Shown in pieces: positions 9,483 to 18,215 of a DNA stretch of 58,280 nt. The stretch spans positions 1-58,280 of the forward strand of contig CAZMOT010000003.1 of NCBI GenBank assembly GCA_964568065.1, written 5' to 3'. Below the pieces are notes generated by a model. The model was not told the DNA's origin and ran no database searches. It worked only from the letters and a program-made list of their open reading frames with translations. The DNA comes from an uncultured Anaerolineales bacterium. GTDB taxonomy: Bacteria; Chloroflexota; Anaerolineae; B4-G1. Position 1 is the first letter of the stretch, and every line of letters begins with the position of its first letter. The position numbers and the translations under genes were made by a program.

Positions 9483-10184
9483 TCACAAGTCGAAAAGTGT
9501 CGGCTGGCGAGCCACGGGCAGAGGCTGACCCCCAGCCACACGATGTGCCCATCGAGTCGGCTCTGGCAGACGGTACTTGGTGGTGCAGTTCAACACTAAC
9601 GAAATCGCCGCCTCCAGGTCGGCTCGATGTCCAATGGATACAAAGACTGGCCGGACACCGTCGCGCGTTCGCACGACCGCGCCAATCACCTCTTCCCCAT
9701 CAGTCAGCGGGGTCCAACTGCCTTTCCGCTCCTCGGGCTCTACATACCCCCCACACAGACGTGATTTGGCGCATCCCACAGCAGGCATGTCGAGCAGGAC
9801 ACCGAGATGGGTGGCCAGCCCCATGCGGCGCGGGTGTGCCAATCCCTGTGCATCGAACATCAGCACGTCCGGCCGATCTGTCAACTGCTCCAGCGCCGCC
9901 AGCACAACCGGTCCTTCGCGGAAAGCTAATAACCCTGGCACGTAGGGGAACGAAACAGCCATCTTCGCTGTAACTGCTCGAAAAGGGGTAAGGTCAGGAT
10001 AGGCGATTAGCACCACAGCCGCCTGTGCCCACTTCCCTTGTATGCTGACGTCTATCCCCGCGATGATCTCTGGCTGGTGATCGGCGGGCTGCACGAGCAC
10101 ACGTCCACGCAATTGGCACTGAATCTCTTTGGCCTCAGCCGGTGAGACGTCCCAAGGATGGGTGAAGATAGGCCGGACAGCCAT
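9483..10184 (-). CDS. nfi: Endonuclease V (deoxyinosine 3' endonuclease)
   Basis: Motifs IAGIDVS, PYVPGLLAFREGP and DAQGLAHPRRMGLATHLG are typical of Nfi. Confidence 0.88.
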   Translation of the reverse strand: MAVRPIFTHPWDVSPAEAKEIQCQLRGRVLVQPADHQPEIIAGIDVSIQGKWAQAAVVLIAYPDLTPFRAVTAKMAVSFPYVPGLLAFREGPVVLAALEQLTDRPDVLMFDAQGLAHPRRMGLATHLGVLLDMPAVGCAKSRLCGGYVEPEERKGSWTPLTDGEEVIGAVVRTRDGVRPVFVSIGHRADLEAAISLVLNCTTKYRLPEPTRWAHRVAGGQPLPVARQPTLFDL

Positions 10185-10197
10185 ATTCCGCTAATAT

Positions 10198-11346
10198 TCA
10201 GATCTCAGCCAGACGCTCCGCAATGGCGTGGAATTGTTGGCTAACTAGACTCTCTGGCTGCATCATTACCATCGGAATCCCTCGCTCTAGCGATTCGAAT
10301 GCCAGCTCGGGGGCCGGAGTGACTACTCCGGCGAGGTTGTGCTGTAACAATTCCTCTATTGTATCTTTAGTAAAAGTGGTTGTAGTGGGGGTCCTATTGA
10401 TCAGCACTACACTGATCCTGTGGGTAGTGAGATTCAGCGACTGAGTCATTTCACTTAACAGTGCCTGTGCCAGTGAGAGCGACGTACGTTGTGGCTCGAC
10501 GGTCACAAAGATATGATCGCAACTCGGCAGAATGTGACAAGTTGTCTCATCAAGACCCACCCCCAGGTCAAGAAGGAGATAGTCGGCCGTGGCCCCAAGA
10601 TACCGGACGATGGCCTCAGCGTGAGCCGGGAGTACAGGTGTTGCTGTTCCGGGCGGCTCAATCTGGCCAGTCAAGATCAGCAGGCCGGTCGCATGCTCCT
10701 CCAACTGAGCCTCCACCATCCTATCCTTGATCTGCTTGACTGGCTTATTCAACAGTCGCACCAATGTCCCCTGACGTCTCAGTCCCAACTGGATAGAGGC
10801 AGTCGCCATGCCAGATCGCATTTCGGCCAGGACGATCTTCTGCCCCTTCGCCAGGTCTTGGGCCAGGGCAACGGCGACGTTCACCGCCAGAGTGGTGGTA
10901 CCCACACCTCCCTTTGAACCCAGGAGGCCGAGAATCTTTGCCTGTGCCAGAGGCTGTCCACCCATTTGACCCCGCGCTGAGCGCAACAGCACGGCCTCTA
11001 CACGGGAAATCAATTCCTCCGGATGGATAGGCTTGGTCAGATAGTCATCTGCCCCGGCCTGAAACCCGGCCACTTTTTCGTCCACCTGCATTTTGGCAGT
11101 GAACATGATAATAGGCAGACTGGCTGTAGCGGGATCAGCACGGAGTCGGCGGCAAACCTCATAGCCGTCCACGTCTGGCATCATGATGTCCAGAATCATC
11201 AAGTCGGGGTTCTCCGTCTGGACCTTCGCCAAAGCCTGAGTACCTGACTGTGCAGCGACAATGTCATATCCCCGCCGCTGCAACATCAACCCAACTAACT
11301 TTACGCTTTCCAGGTGATCATCAACTATCATAATCTTCTTAACCAT
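10198..11346 (-). CDS. Response-regulator receiver domain fused to a ParA/MinD-like (CpaE-like) ATPase domain
   Basis: REC domain (IMIVDDH...DLMILDIMMPDVDG...TAK) followed by the deviant Walker A LGSKGGVGTTT. GGAGG RBS upstream of ATG 11346. Confidence 0.8.
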   Translation of the reverse strand: MVKKIMIVDDHLESVKLVGLMLQRRGYDIVAAQSGTQALAKVQTENPDLMILDIMMPDVDGYEVCRRLRADPATASLPIIMFTAKMQVDEKVAGFQAGADDYLTKPIHPEELISRVEAVLLRSARGQMGGQPLAQAKILGLLGSKGGVGTTTLAVNVAVALAQDLAKGQKIVLAEMRSGMATASIQLGLRRQGTLVRLLNKPVKQIKDRMVEAQLEEHATGLLILTGQIEPPGTATPVLPAHAEAIVRYLGATADYLLLDLGVGLDETTCHILPSCDHIFVTVEPQRTSLSLAQALLSEMTQSLNLTTHRISVVLINRTPTTTTFTKDTIEELLQHNLAGVVTPAPELAFESLERGIPMVMMQPESLVSQQFHAIAERLAEI

Positions 11347-11413
11347 TGTTGCCTCCACACGCTACTGTAGCACATAACGGGCTACTTGGCAAGCATAAAA
11401 TGAGAAAATGAGA

Positions 11414-11437
11414 AGAGGCAACCCTCCGGTTGCCTCT
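11414..11437 (-). terminator. Intrinsic terminator downstream of tRNA-Pro
   Basis: 10-bp stem AGAGGCAACC/GGTTGCCTCT with a 4-nt loop, followed on the minus strand by TCTCATTTTCTCA. Confidence 0.6.
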
Positions 11438-11440
11438 CTG

Positions 11441-11515
11441 TCGGGGCGCCGGGATTTGAACCCGGGATCTCTACAACCCCATTGTAGCGCGCTAGCCAAA
11501 CTGCGCCACGCCCCG
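11441..11515 (-). tRNA. tRNA-Pro (anticodon GGG)
   Basis: I folded a 75-nt cloverleaf by hand. Acceptor stem CGGGGCG/CGCCCCG, D arm GCGC-AGTTTGGCTA-GCGC, anticodon arm CTACA-ATGGGGT-TGTAG, T arm CCGGG-TTCAAAT-CCCGG, discriminator A. CCA is not encoded. Confidence 0.9.
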
Positions 11516-11616
11516 CACAATAGAGATTATAACAGAGAGTGTACCGGTTGGCAAATCGAGATCAGTCACCGGCCGAAAGTCAGCGGGAATCCGACACATG
11601 CCAGGCAGGATATTCC

Positions 11617-12300
11617 TCAGGGCTTCTCCACACGCAGGTTATCGAAGTGGACCTCCACACCTGGCTCGAAGAATGAGCCGGCGTAAAGGCCAATATCGCC
11701 CTGGCGGTAATCCACGTCCTCAACCTGGGCCAGTTGCACGCCGTTGACGAGGAAGGTCATCGTCGTATCCTGGCAGATGACTTCTAGGAGATTCGTCGCG
11801 GCACCAGGATGGATCGCGTTGGAGGGAGTCCAGTCTCCGCTCAAACCCTTCCGTTCCTCGCCGTCGTACTTGCTGACCTGGTAGTGGCCATCGCCGCTAA
11901 TGGAGAAGAGGTAGAAATGGTCAGGGTCTCGTATCCGCACCAGCACGCCGTACGCGTTGTCGTCAGGGCCAGCGACCTGGGTGGCCTCAACGGCTAGGTG
12001 AAAGTCGGAGAACTCGCGCCCGGCAAAGGCCCAGGCAAGAAGGTTAGGCATCTTGACGAGGACGCGCATCGCGTCCTCGTGATACCCGACCTCTGCGGAG
12101 AAATCCGACTCGACCTGCCACCCACTGGCTGGGTTGGAGAAATCGTCGCTCCAAGGCAAGGCTGCCTTAGGCATGGGGGTAGGACGAGGCTTTCTTGGGC
12201 TAATGAAGGAATACAGCCCCCCAATCAAACCTAGGACGATCATGACAGCGACCAGCAAAATACCCAGCACCACGACGAGCGATTTTCTGACTCTCTTCAT
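11617..12300 (-). CDS. Membrane-anchored hypothetical protein (paralogue of 12345-12995)
   Basis: N-terminal TM segment (LVVVLGILLVAVMIVLGLIGGL). The ectodomain aligns by eye with its neighbour (DDFSN..SGW, F.LFSISGDGHY, LVNG..LA.V.D, FDN..V..P). Confidence 0.6.
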   Translation of the reverse strand: MKRVRKSLVVVLGILLVAVMIVLGLIGGLYSFISPRKPRPTPMPKAALPWSDDFSNPASGWQVESDFSAEVGYHEDAMRVLVKMPNLLAWAFAGREFSDFHLAVEATQVAGPDDNAYGVLVRIRDPDHFYLFSISGDGHYQVSKYDGEERKGLSGDWTPSNAIHPGAATNLLEVICQDTTMTFLVNGVQLAQVEDVDYRQGDIGLYAGSFFEPGVEVHFDNLRVEKP

Positions 12301-12344
12301 CTATCTATTCGCTCCAATTCGTCGTCGCCCTGCAATCCGCCGCT

Positions 12345-12995
12345 CTACGGCTCGGTAACGAAAAAGTCGTCGAACTGAATACGGGCTTCTCCCGCTGGAC
12401 CGCTTCCGCCCCCGATCCCCACGTCGCCCCGCGTGTGGGTATCATCGGTGACGGTCGCCAGAAGCTCGCCATTGACGTACAGGCTCAACTCATTCCCCTG
12501 GCAGACCGCTCGGACGTGATTAACTTGCTCGCCCGTCTTGATGGCAGAGGAGGGAGTCATCCCTCTACCACCGGCGGTGAGGGCTTCCAAATCGCCACCG
12601 CCTGCACGCCGGAAGATAACATAGTAGCCGTCGGCGCTGATGGCGAAATAGTAGAAATTCCCCATGTCCGCATGGCGGCAAAGGAGACCGAAATGAAGAT
12701 CGTGGGACCCGGAGGCCGGATGTGTCTCCACCTCAACGCTCACATCGTCGAACTCTTGGCCAGGATGGGCCCAGGTGAACCAGTTTGGCTCGTACAATTC
12801 GATAAAGTACTCACCCCCCTCATACCCGCGCTTGAACTCCTCGCGCTGATCCTTGCCCCATCCACTGCGTGAGTTATTGAACTCGTCCTGAAAAAGCAAT
12901 CCCTGATTGTCGCTTCGAGTGCAGCCACAAGCCAGCAATAACAGGACAAGCACGATCGGGCCATTCTTCACGCGCCGGTAATGTCTCTTCATCAT
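12345..12995 (-). CDS. Putative lipoprotein, hypothetical (paralogue of 11617-12300)
   Basis: Lipobox-like LLLLACGC. Shared motifs DEFNNSRSGW, FYYFAISADGYY, YVNGELLATV and FDDFFVTEP. Confidence 0.6.
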   Translation of the reverse strand: MMKRHYRRVKNGPIVLVLLLLACGCTRSDNQGLLFQDEFNNSRSGWGKDQREEFKRGYEGGEYFIELYEPNWFTWAHPGQEFDDVSVEVETHPASGSHDLHFGLLCRHADMGNFYYFAISADGYYVIFRRAGGGDLEALTAGGRGMTPSSAIKTGEQVNHVRAVCQGNELSLYVNGELLATVTDDTHTRGDVGIGGGSGPAGEARIQFDDFFVTEP

Positions 12996-13077
12996 AGCCT
13001 CCCACCTGCAAGCAATGCTCTGTCACGTAGGACTGAGGAGATTATAGCACGAGCAGAGAATTTGCCAAAGGCCGTCT

Positions 13078-13106
13078 TTGCCCATCTTTGACGACTGTGC
13101 TATAAT
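13078..13106 (+). promoter_or_regulatory. Sigma-70-like promoter (TTGCCC-N17-TATAAT, with TG immediately upstream)
   Basis: -35 at 13078-13083 and -10 at 13101-13106, with TG at 13098-13099. It lies about 100 nt upstream of the 13209 gene. Confidence 0.5.
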
Positions 13107-13208
13107 CAATCCCAGATTCACACTGCGAAAAATCATACCAGGATGGGCAACCATTCTGCTGGGCTCACGCCTCTCGGTACACGCAGTCTCATCGAAGGAG
13201 TAAGAGTG

Positions 13209-13880
13209 ATGGCGAAGAAGCGGGTTAGTAAGGATGACTGTCGTAAGGCGAGGAAATACGTAGAGCAGGGCCTTAAGGCCTACCAAGCATGGGACGCTGA
13301 CCGAGCCGTCCAGTGTTTCCAGGCCGCTGTTCGTATTGTCCCCGATGAGCCGGATTGCCTGCTTCACCTGGCGCGGGCGTCGGCTCGCAGAGGTGATTTC
13401 GACCAGGCGTTGCGGGCGTTGGCCGACTTCATGCGCCTGGAGCCCGAATCGTCGCTGGCCGATCGGTTCGAGCCGCTCTTCGCCAGCGGGATGGATGAAG
13501 TGGAGCGAGTGCTCACCGACAAGATGACCGATGCCGGGATGCCCATCAAGGAAATCGGTGTCGCCATTCAGATGTGGTTGGAGTACCGCATTGTTATCGG
13601 ACGTGAACCGCTCATCGTGCGCAAACCTGAGACCTGGGCAGCAGCGCTCGACTACACAGTGCGCAAAGTCAACTTGCGCCCTGTGACGCGAAAGAAGATC
13701 GCGGATTTCTACGGTATCAGCGATGGGGCTGTGCGAGACCGACACAATGATCTGGTAAGTACGCTTGACGTAATGCCGTGCGACTATCGGTACTTTGTGG
13801 GTGAGGAAAACCCACTGGACAAACTGGTCGAGGCTGCGGAGTTGCTAGAACAATTGGAGGCCCGTTTCCAAGAGCCGTAG
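13209..13880 (+). CDS. Hypothetical protein with a TPR-like N-terminus and a possible C-terminal HTH
   Basis: GAAGGAG RBS upstream of ATG 13209. Helical repeat (AYQAWDADRAVQCFQAAVRIVPDEPDCLLHLARASARRGDFDQALRAL) and C-terminal KKIADFYGISDGAVRDRHNDL. Confidence 0.55.
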   Translation: MAKKRVSKDDCRKARKYVEQGLKAYQAWDADRAVQCFQAAVRIVPDEPDCLLHLARASARRGDFDQALRALADFMRLEPESSLADRFEPLFASGMDEVERVLTDKMTDAGMPIKEIGVAIQMWLEYRIVIGREPLIVRKPETWAAALDYTVRKVNLRPVTRKKIADFYGISDGAVRDRHNDLVSTLDVMPCDYRYFVGEENPLDKLVEAAELLEQLEARFQEP

Positions 13881-13999
13881 CATAGCCAGGTAAAGCAATA
13901 CGTCGTTGTTCAACGGTCAGGCTCAGGGGCACGCATTTGCGCGTGTCCCGTCGTATTATGTATTCACCAGGTGGAGCTTTGAGAGGAGCAACTGGGCTT

Positions 14000-16900
14000 C
14001 TACGCGGAAACCTCTTCTCGGACCGCAGGAATGGTAAACGAAAAGGTGCTACCCCCGCCCAATTTGCTCTCGACCCAGATTTCACCACCCTGCAGTTCCA
14101 CCAGGCTTTTGGTGATGACGAGTCCCAGTCCGGTACCGGCCACGCTGCGCACATCCGGACTGTCGGCACGGAAGTATTTGGTGAACAGACGCTCCTGATC
14201 TTCAGGGGCCATTCCTATGCCTGTATCGGCTACCGAACACAGCACAAACTCACCTTGCCCGTCTGACCACTTCTGGGCACGGACCGTGATGTGTCCTCCT
14301 TCGAGTGTATACTTCCAGGCGTTGCTCACCAGGTTGGTCAAAACCTGCACCAAGCGGTCCTGATTCCCTCTCACGAGTGGTAGGTCGGGTGGGATGTCTG
14401 TTTCCAGCGTCTGTTGCTTGGCTTCGATCTGCCCGTGGGTCGTCCGTAGTACGTCTTCGATCACCTGCTCAATGGGCACGTTTTTGAATTCCAGCCGTAG
14501 GCGACCACTCTCAATGCGTGAGACGTCCAGCAAGTCGCTAACCAGTGTGTTCATGCGGTCCACGTTCGAGCGTACCGTTCCGAGGAAATTCTGCTGGGCG
14601 TCGTTCAGTTCGCCAGCGGCTCCCTTGGCCAACAGATCGGTGTAGCCTTTGATTGAGGTCATCGGCTGCTTGAGTTCGTGGGACACAAAAGAGATAAAGT
14701 CGGTCTTGGCGTCGTTGGCACGGCGCACCTCCGCGAAGAGGCGGGCGTTCTCAATGGCGATGGCCGCGTGGTCGGCCAGACGGGTGACAAACTCCAGTGC
14801 TTCCAGGTCGAGACGGCCCGGCTGGGAAGACCCCACGACGATGACGCCGACGATCTGTTCCTCCCGCCGGATAGGCACCGTCAATTGGGCCACCGTCTCT
14901 GGCACCACTGGTGTGTAGTCAGGGTCGTTCTCCACGTCCTCCACAAGTTCGGGATTGCCAGTCCGCACCACCCGTCCAATGATCCCCTGCTCCAGCGACC
15001 AGGGCTCCTCCTCGTGGGCGGAGACCAACTCCTCCGGATAGCCTCGGTTGGCCAGGAAACGCAGCCCGCGCAATCCCTCCTCCGTCTCCACGACGACGGC
15101 CACGAGTCCTACGTCAGCTCCCGTCGTCCGCAGCGCCCAGTCCAGCGTCAGGGCCAGCACCTGGTTGTAGTCCAGGGTGGCATTGAGCTCCCGATCAATG
15201 CGCTGCATCATCGAGAGCTCTTCTACTCGTGCGGCGAGAGCCTGATCGGTCTGGGTGAACAGCCGGGCGTTCTCAAGCGAGATAGTGGCATTGGCTGCAA
15301 ACGCTGTCAGCAGCCGTTCGTCGTCCTCGTCAAAGGGCACACCATCACGCCGATTCAGGAGTTCTATCGCGCCGATGGCGCGTCCCCGGCTGATCATCGG
15401 CACGGCGATGATAGAACGGGTGACGAATTGGGCATCGAGGTCCTGATACCAGCGCTGGTCGGTTTGCGCGTCCTTGATGATAACCGGTTTGCCCCCTTCG
15501 ACCACCGTACCCAGGACGCCGGTACCAGAGGGAAGGCGCGTGCCCACCAAGTCGGCAGAGCCTGGGCCGGTGGTCACCTCGAAGACCAGTTCGTCGGTAT
15601 CCTGGTCCACCAGTATCAGCGATCCGGCCTCAGCCTGGAGAAGCTCGACCGCCTTGTCCATAATCAGGTTCAGTACTGCCCCCATGTCCAGGGTTGACGT
15701 GATTACGCTGCCGACCTCGTTGAGGGCAGCCAACTGTCGGGCACGCTCCTCCATCTCTCGATAAAGGTGCGCCCTGTCCAGGATCGCGGCTGTCTGATCG
15801 GCAATGGCGGAGAAGAACTGCAACTGTTCGTCAGAATAGGTCACGTCGGGGTCGAAACTGGAGATGTTCATAACTCCGATGACCTTATCACCGACGCTGA
15901 GCGGCACCCCCATCCAGGCTCGTCCCGCCTGGCCTTCGGGCGTGACCTCCCGGCGCTGGCATTCCTGGGCGTAATCCTCTGTCACGATGGGCCGCCCCGT
16001 GCGGACAATTTCACCGGTCAAACCTACGTCCACCGGCCACTCATCGTCTGGATAAAGTCGCTCGCTATTCTCGACGTAGAACGCGAATGATAGCGTCTCC
16101 TTCTCCGGGCTATACAACGCGATGTAAAAGTTGCTGGTATCAAGCACGCGGCTGGTCTGAGCATAGACCAGCTCTATCAGGTCATCCACGTCCATGGCGA
16201 AGTTGATCGCCTGCCCGATCCAACGCAACACGTCCACCTCGGTCATCCGTTGCTCCAGATCGCTGAAGAGACGCGCTTTTTCCAGAGCCGCCGCTACTTG
16301 AGAACCGAGCGACTCCAGTGTGGCTAAGTCATCTGATGAAAAAGGTGCACCGCTGCTTTTAGGGCCTAGCGTCAGCCAGCCGTGGCCCGGCACCGGGATG
16401 AATAGGGAAGAACGTAGAGCCTCCAGTGGTTCGCGCTCGGCTATCAGATGGGAGGGCAGGGGACGGTCGTGATAGAGATAGACACTTTCGCGCCGCTGGA
16501 GCATCTGACGAGCGAGTGGCCCCTCCTTGGCGAAGGTAACGGGTGGAAATAGACTATCTCCGATGATACGGGGCGCGTAACATAGATCTTGCGGATCGTA
16601 CAGGAACAACGCGGAAAACTGCAAACGCCAACCCTCCTCCTGCGTTTCATCCAGAGCCTGCAGAACCGATGGCAGTCCTGTGGTCTCGGCCAGCCGGCTG
16701 GTGAAGCGACGCGTTATCTGACGGTGGTCAACCGCTTCGCGCAGGAAGACTCGATCTACTGCGCGCTGCAGACGTATCCGCGCTGGGTTCAATAGCAAGG
16801 CCAGCAAAAAGACAAAGATGCCGAGGGGGATGGGATCGTTGGCCTGCAGCGTCACGCCAAACACGAGGCCGACCAAGGATAGCAGTAGGGAATATGCCCC

Positions 16901-17995
16901 GACTATTGCGACGCTCAAGAGCGCATAGACGACGCCCCGGCTGACCACCAGGTTAATGGCGAACAGACGATAGCGCAGGATGGCGTAGGCGATGGAGAGA
17001 GGAAACAGGGCCAACCAGGGTATAACGAATGCTAAGGTTCCTCCAGAGTAACTTGTAGAGATAATCCAGACCACTATCGGGCCGAAGGCCAATAGGCTGC
17101 CCAATAGAATAGTACGCGCCTGGGCCTGCACGATGGGCGATTCGGAGCGGCGGTTCCGATAGACCATCATTGCCAGGAGGGCAACAATTCCTATGATCGC
17201 AAAGTAAAAGGCCACGCGCCAGGTGTAGAAATAAACTGTGGGCGCGTCGAAGTTCAGGACGGTGAATTGATTCCAGACGGCAATAACTCCACCCGGCACG
17301 TAGACCAAATAGCGAAGGAAAGGGGCACGTTCCAGAAATCGTGCCCGCTGAGGGAACACCAGCGCCAGGTGAGCGAGAACGCTGCCGATCAGAGAAACAG
17401 CCGTGATCCACACGCGCGGGAACCAGTGGGTGGTATAGAGATCGAACAGCAAGCCCAGAAACAGCGCAGCCACTGCACACAACAGCCCGAAAACCCTACC
17501 GGCCGATTCGTGCCGCCGCGCCAGGAAGACCCAGATGCCAGCTCCCAGATAAATCAACCCCATGACGTAGGGCAGGACGAACCAGACGGTCAACCCCTTA
17601 CTGGGAAAGGGCTCCAGGCGCACGCGCACATCGCGCGGTGTGTCATCCTCGCCCTGTGCCGTCAGCGTGACCACGTCGCCGGATTCGTGCTGTGCCAACG
17701 CCTGCATCAACGCGGTGGTGCCTTCCAGCGGCTGACCGTCGAGCTCGACCAGGCGGTCGGGAATGTGGAGTCCGGCGGCATAGCCAGGCCAGGCGAAATC
17801 GCCCACATCGTTGACGATCAGGGTGGGCTCGGCAAACAGGCCGGGGAAAGGAATCTGCATCGTGCGCCAGGCCAGGAGAGCAGCCTGCACCATGAGAAGC
17901 GTTGTCACGGCTAATATTGCCGCGACAATCCAGATCTGCAGGAAAACTCTGTCTCGGAAGTATTGGGGATTCTTGGGAGCGTCTGCGTCTCCCAT
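14000..17995 (-). CDS. Very large sensor histidine kinase with a PDZ-like ectodomain, about 10 TM segments, several GAF domains, HisKA and HATPase_c
   Basis: The ORF is uninterrupted over roughly 1,330-1,348 aa. H-box SFVSHELKQPMTSI, N box LVSNAWKYT, G boxes DTGIGM and GTGLGL. A PDZ-like segment (RLVELDGQPLEG...GDVVTL) follows TM1. The start could be 17995 or 18046. Confidence 0.85.
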   Translation of the reverse strand: MGDADAPKNPQYFRDRVFLQIWIVAAILAVTTLLMVQAALLAWRTMQIPFPGLFAEPTLIVNDVGDFAWPGYAAGLHIPDRLVELDGQPLEGTTALMQALAQHESGDVVTLTAQGEDDTPRDVRVRLEPFPSKGLTVWFVLPYVMGLIYLGAGIWVFLARRHESAGRVFGLLCAVAALFLGLLFDLYTTHWFPRVWITAVSLIGSVLAHLALVFPQRARFLERAPFLRYLVYVPGGVIAVWNQFTVLNFDAPTVYFYTWRVAFYFAIIGIVALLAMMVYRNRRSESPIVQAQARTILLGSLLAFGPIVVWIISTSYSGGTLAFVIPWLALFPLSIAYAILRYRLFAINLVVSRGVVYALLSVAIVGAYSLLLSLVGLVFGVTLQANDPIPLGIFVFLLALLLNPARIRLQRAVDRVFLREAVDHRQITRRFTSRLAETTGLPSVLQALDETQEEGWRLQFSALFLYDPQDLCYAPRIIGDSLFPPVTFAKEGPLARQMLQRRESVYLYHDRPLPSHLIAEREPLEALRSSLFIPVPGHGWLTLGPKSSGAPFSSDDLATLESLGSQVAAALEKARLFSDLEQRMTEVDVLRWIGQAINFAMDVDDLIELVYAQTSRVLDTSNFYIALYSPEKETLSFAFYVENSERLYPDDEWPVDVGLTGEIVRTGRPIVTEDYAQECQRREVTPEGQAGRAWMGVPLSVGDKVIGVMNISSFDPDVTYSDEQLQFFSAIADQTAAILDRAHLYREMEERARQLAALNEVGSVITSTLDMGAVLNLIMDKAVELLQAEAGSLILVDQDTDELVFEVTTGPGSADLVGTRLPSGTGVLGTVVEGGKPVIIKDAQTDQRWYQDLDAQFVTRSIIAVPMISRGRAIGAIELLNRRDGVPFDEDDERLLTAFAANATISLENARLFTQTDQALAARVEELSMMQRIDRELNATLDYNQVLALTLDWALRTTGADVGLVAVVVETEEGLRGLRFLANRGYPEELVSAHEEEPWSLEQGIIGRVVRTGNPELVEDVENDPDYTPVVPETVAQLTVPIRREEQIVGVIVVGSSQPGRLDLEALEFVTRLADHAAIAIENARLFAEVRRANDAKTDFISFVSHELKQPMTSIKGYTDLLAKGAAGELNDAQQNFLGTVRSNVDRMNTLVSDLLDVSRIESGRLRLEFKNVPIEQVIEDVLRTTHGQIEAKQQTLETDIPPDLPLVRGNQDRLVQVLTNLVSNAWKYTLEGGHITVRAQKWSDGQGEFVLCSVADTGIGMAPEDQERLFTKYFRADSPDVRSVAGTGLGLVITKSLVELQGGEIWVESKLGGGSTFSFTIPAVREEVSA

Positions 17996-18112
17996 GTCGC
18001 TCACCTCGCGCGGTGCCCAATGCCCGTGCATGCCCAGCGCATGCAATCCTTGGTGCTATTTTATCACAGATTGGGAGGGATTGTCAATCGTCATCACCTC
18101 GCATTTTCTGCC

Positions 18113-18140
18113 TGTAACTACTCTGTAACCCTGCCGTAAC
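18113..18140 (+). promoter_or_regulatory. Triple 11-bp-phased hexamer direct repeat TGTAAC-N5-TGTAAC-N5-CGTAAC (site 1)
   Basis: Hexamers start at 18113, 18124 and 18135. A -10-like TAGAAT lies 21 nt downstream at 18162-18167. The site sits in the divergent intergenic region upstream of the TPR-LCP gene. Confidence 0.6.
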
Positions 18141-18215
18141 GCCATTCCATCAGAGGGGCGGTAGAATATAAGATGAAACGCGGGGCGCAGCAGATGGAGC
18201 GGCTGTGCTCCTGCC

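Noticed and set aside
13023-13745. 240-aa minus-strand ORF
   Set aside because: It overlaps the plus-strand gene 13209-13880, which has an RBS, a promoter and a helical-repeat protein. The minus-strand product has no start context and runs through the promoter region.
14678-15697. 339-aa plus-strand ORF inside the giant kinase locus
   Set aside because: It is antisense to an uninterrupted 4-kb kinase ORF with clear GAF/HisKA/HATPase motifs, and it has no motifs of its own.
18113-18140. Reading TGTAAC simply as this organism's -35 hexamer
   Set aside because: The spacing to the -10-like box is 21-22 nt rather than 16-18 nt. The hexamer is present in three phased copies. Housekeeping promoters in the window use TTGACA-like -35 boxes.
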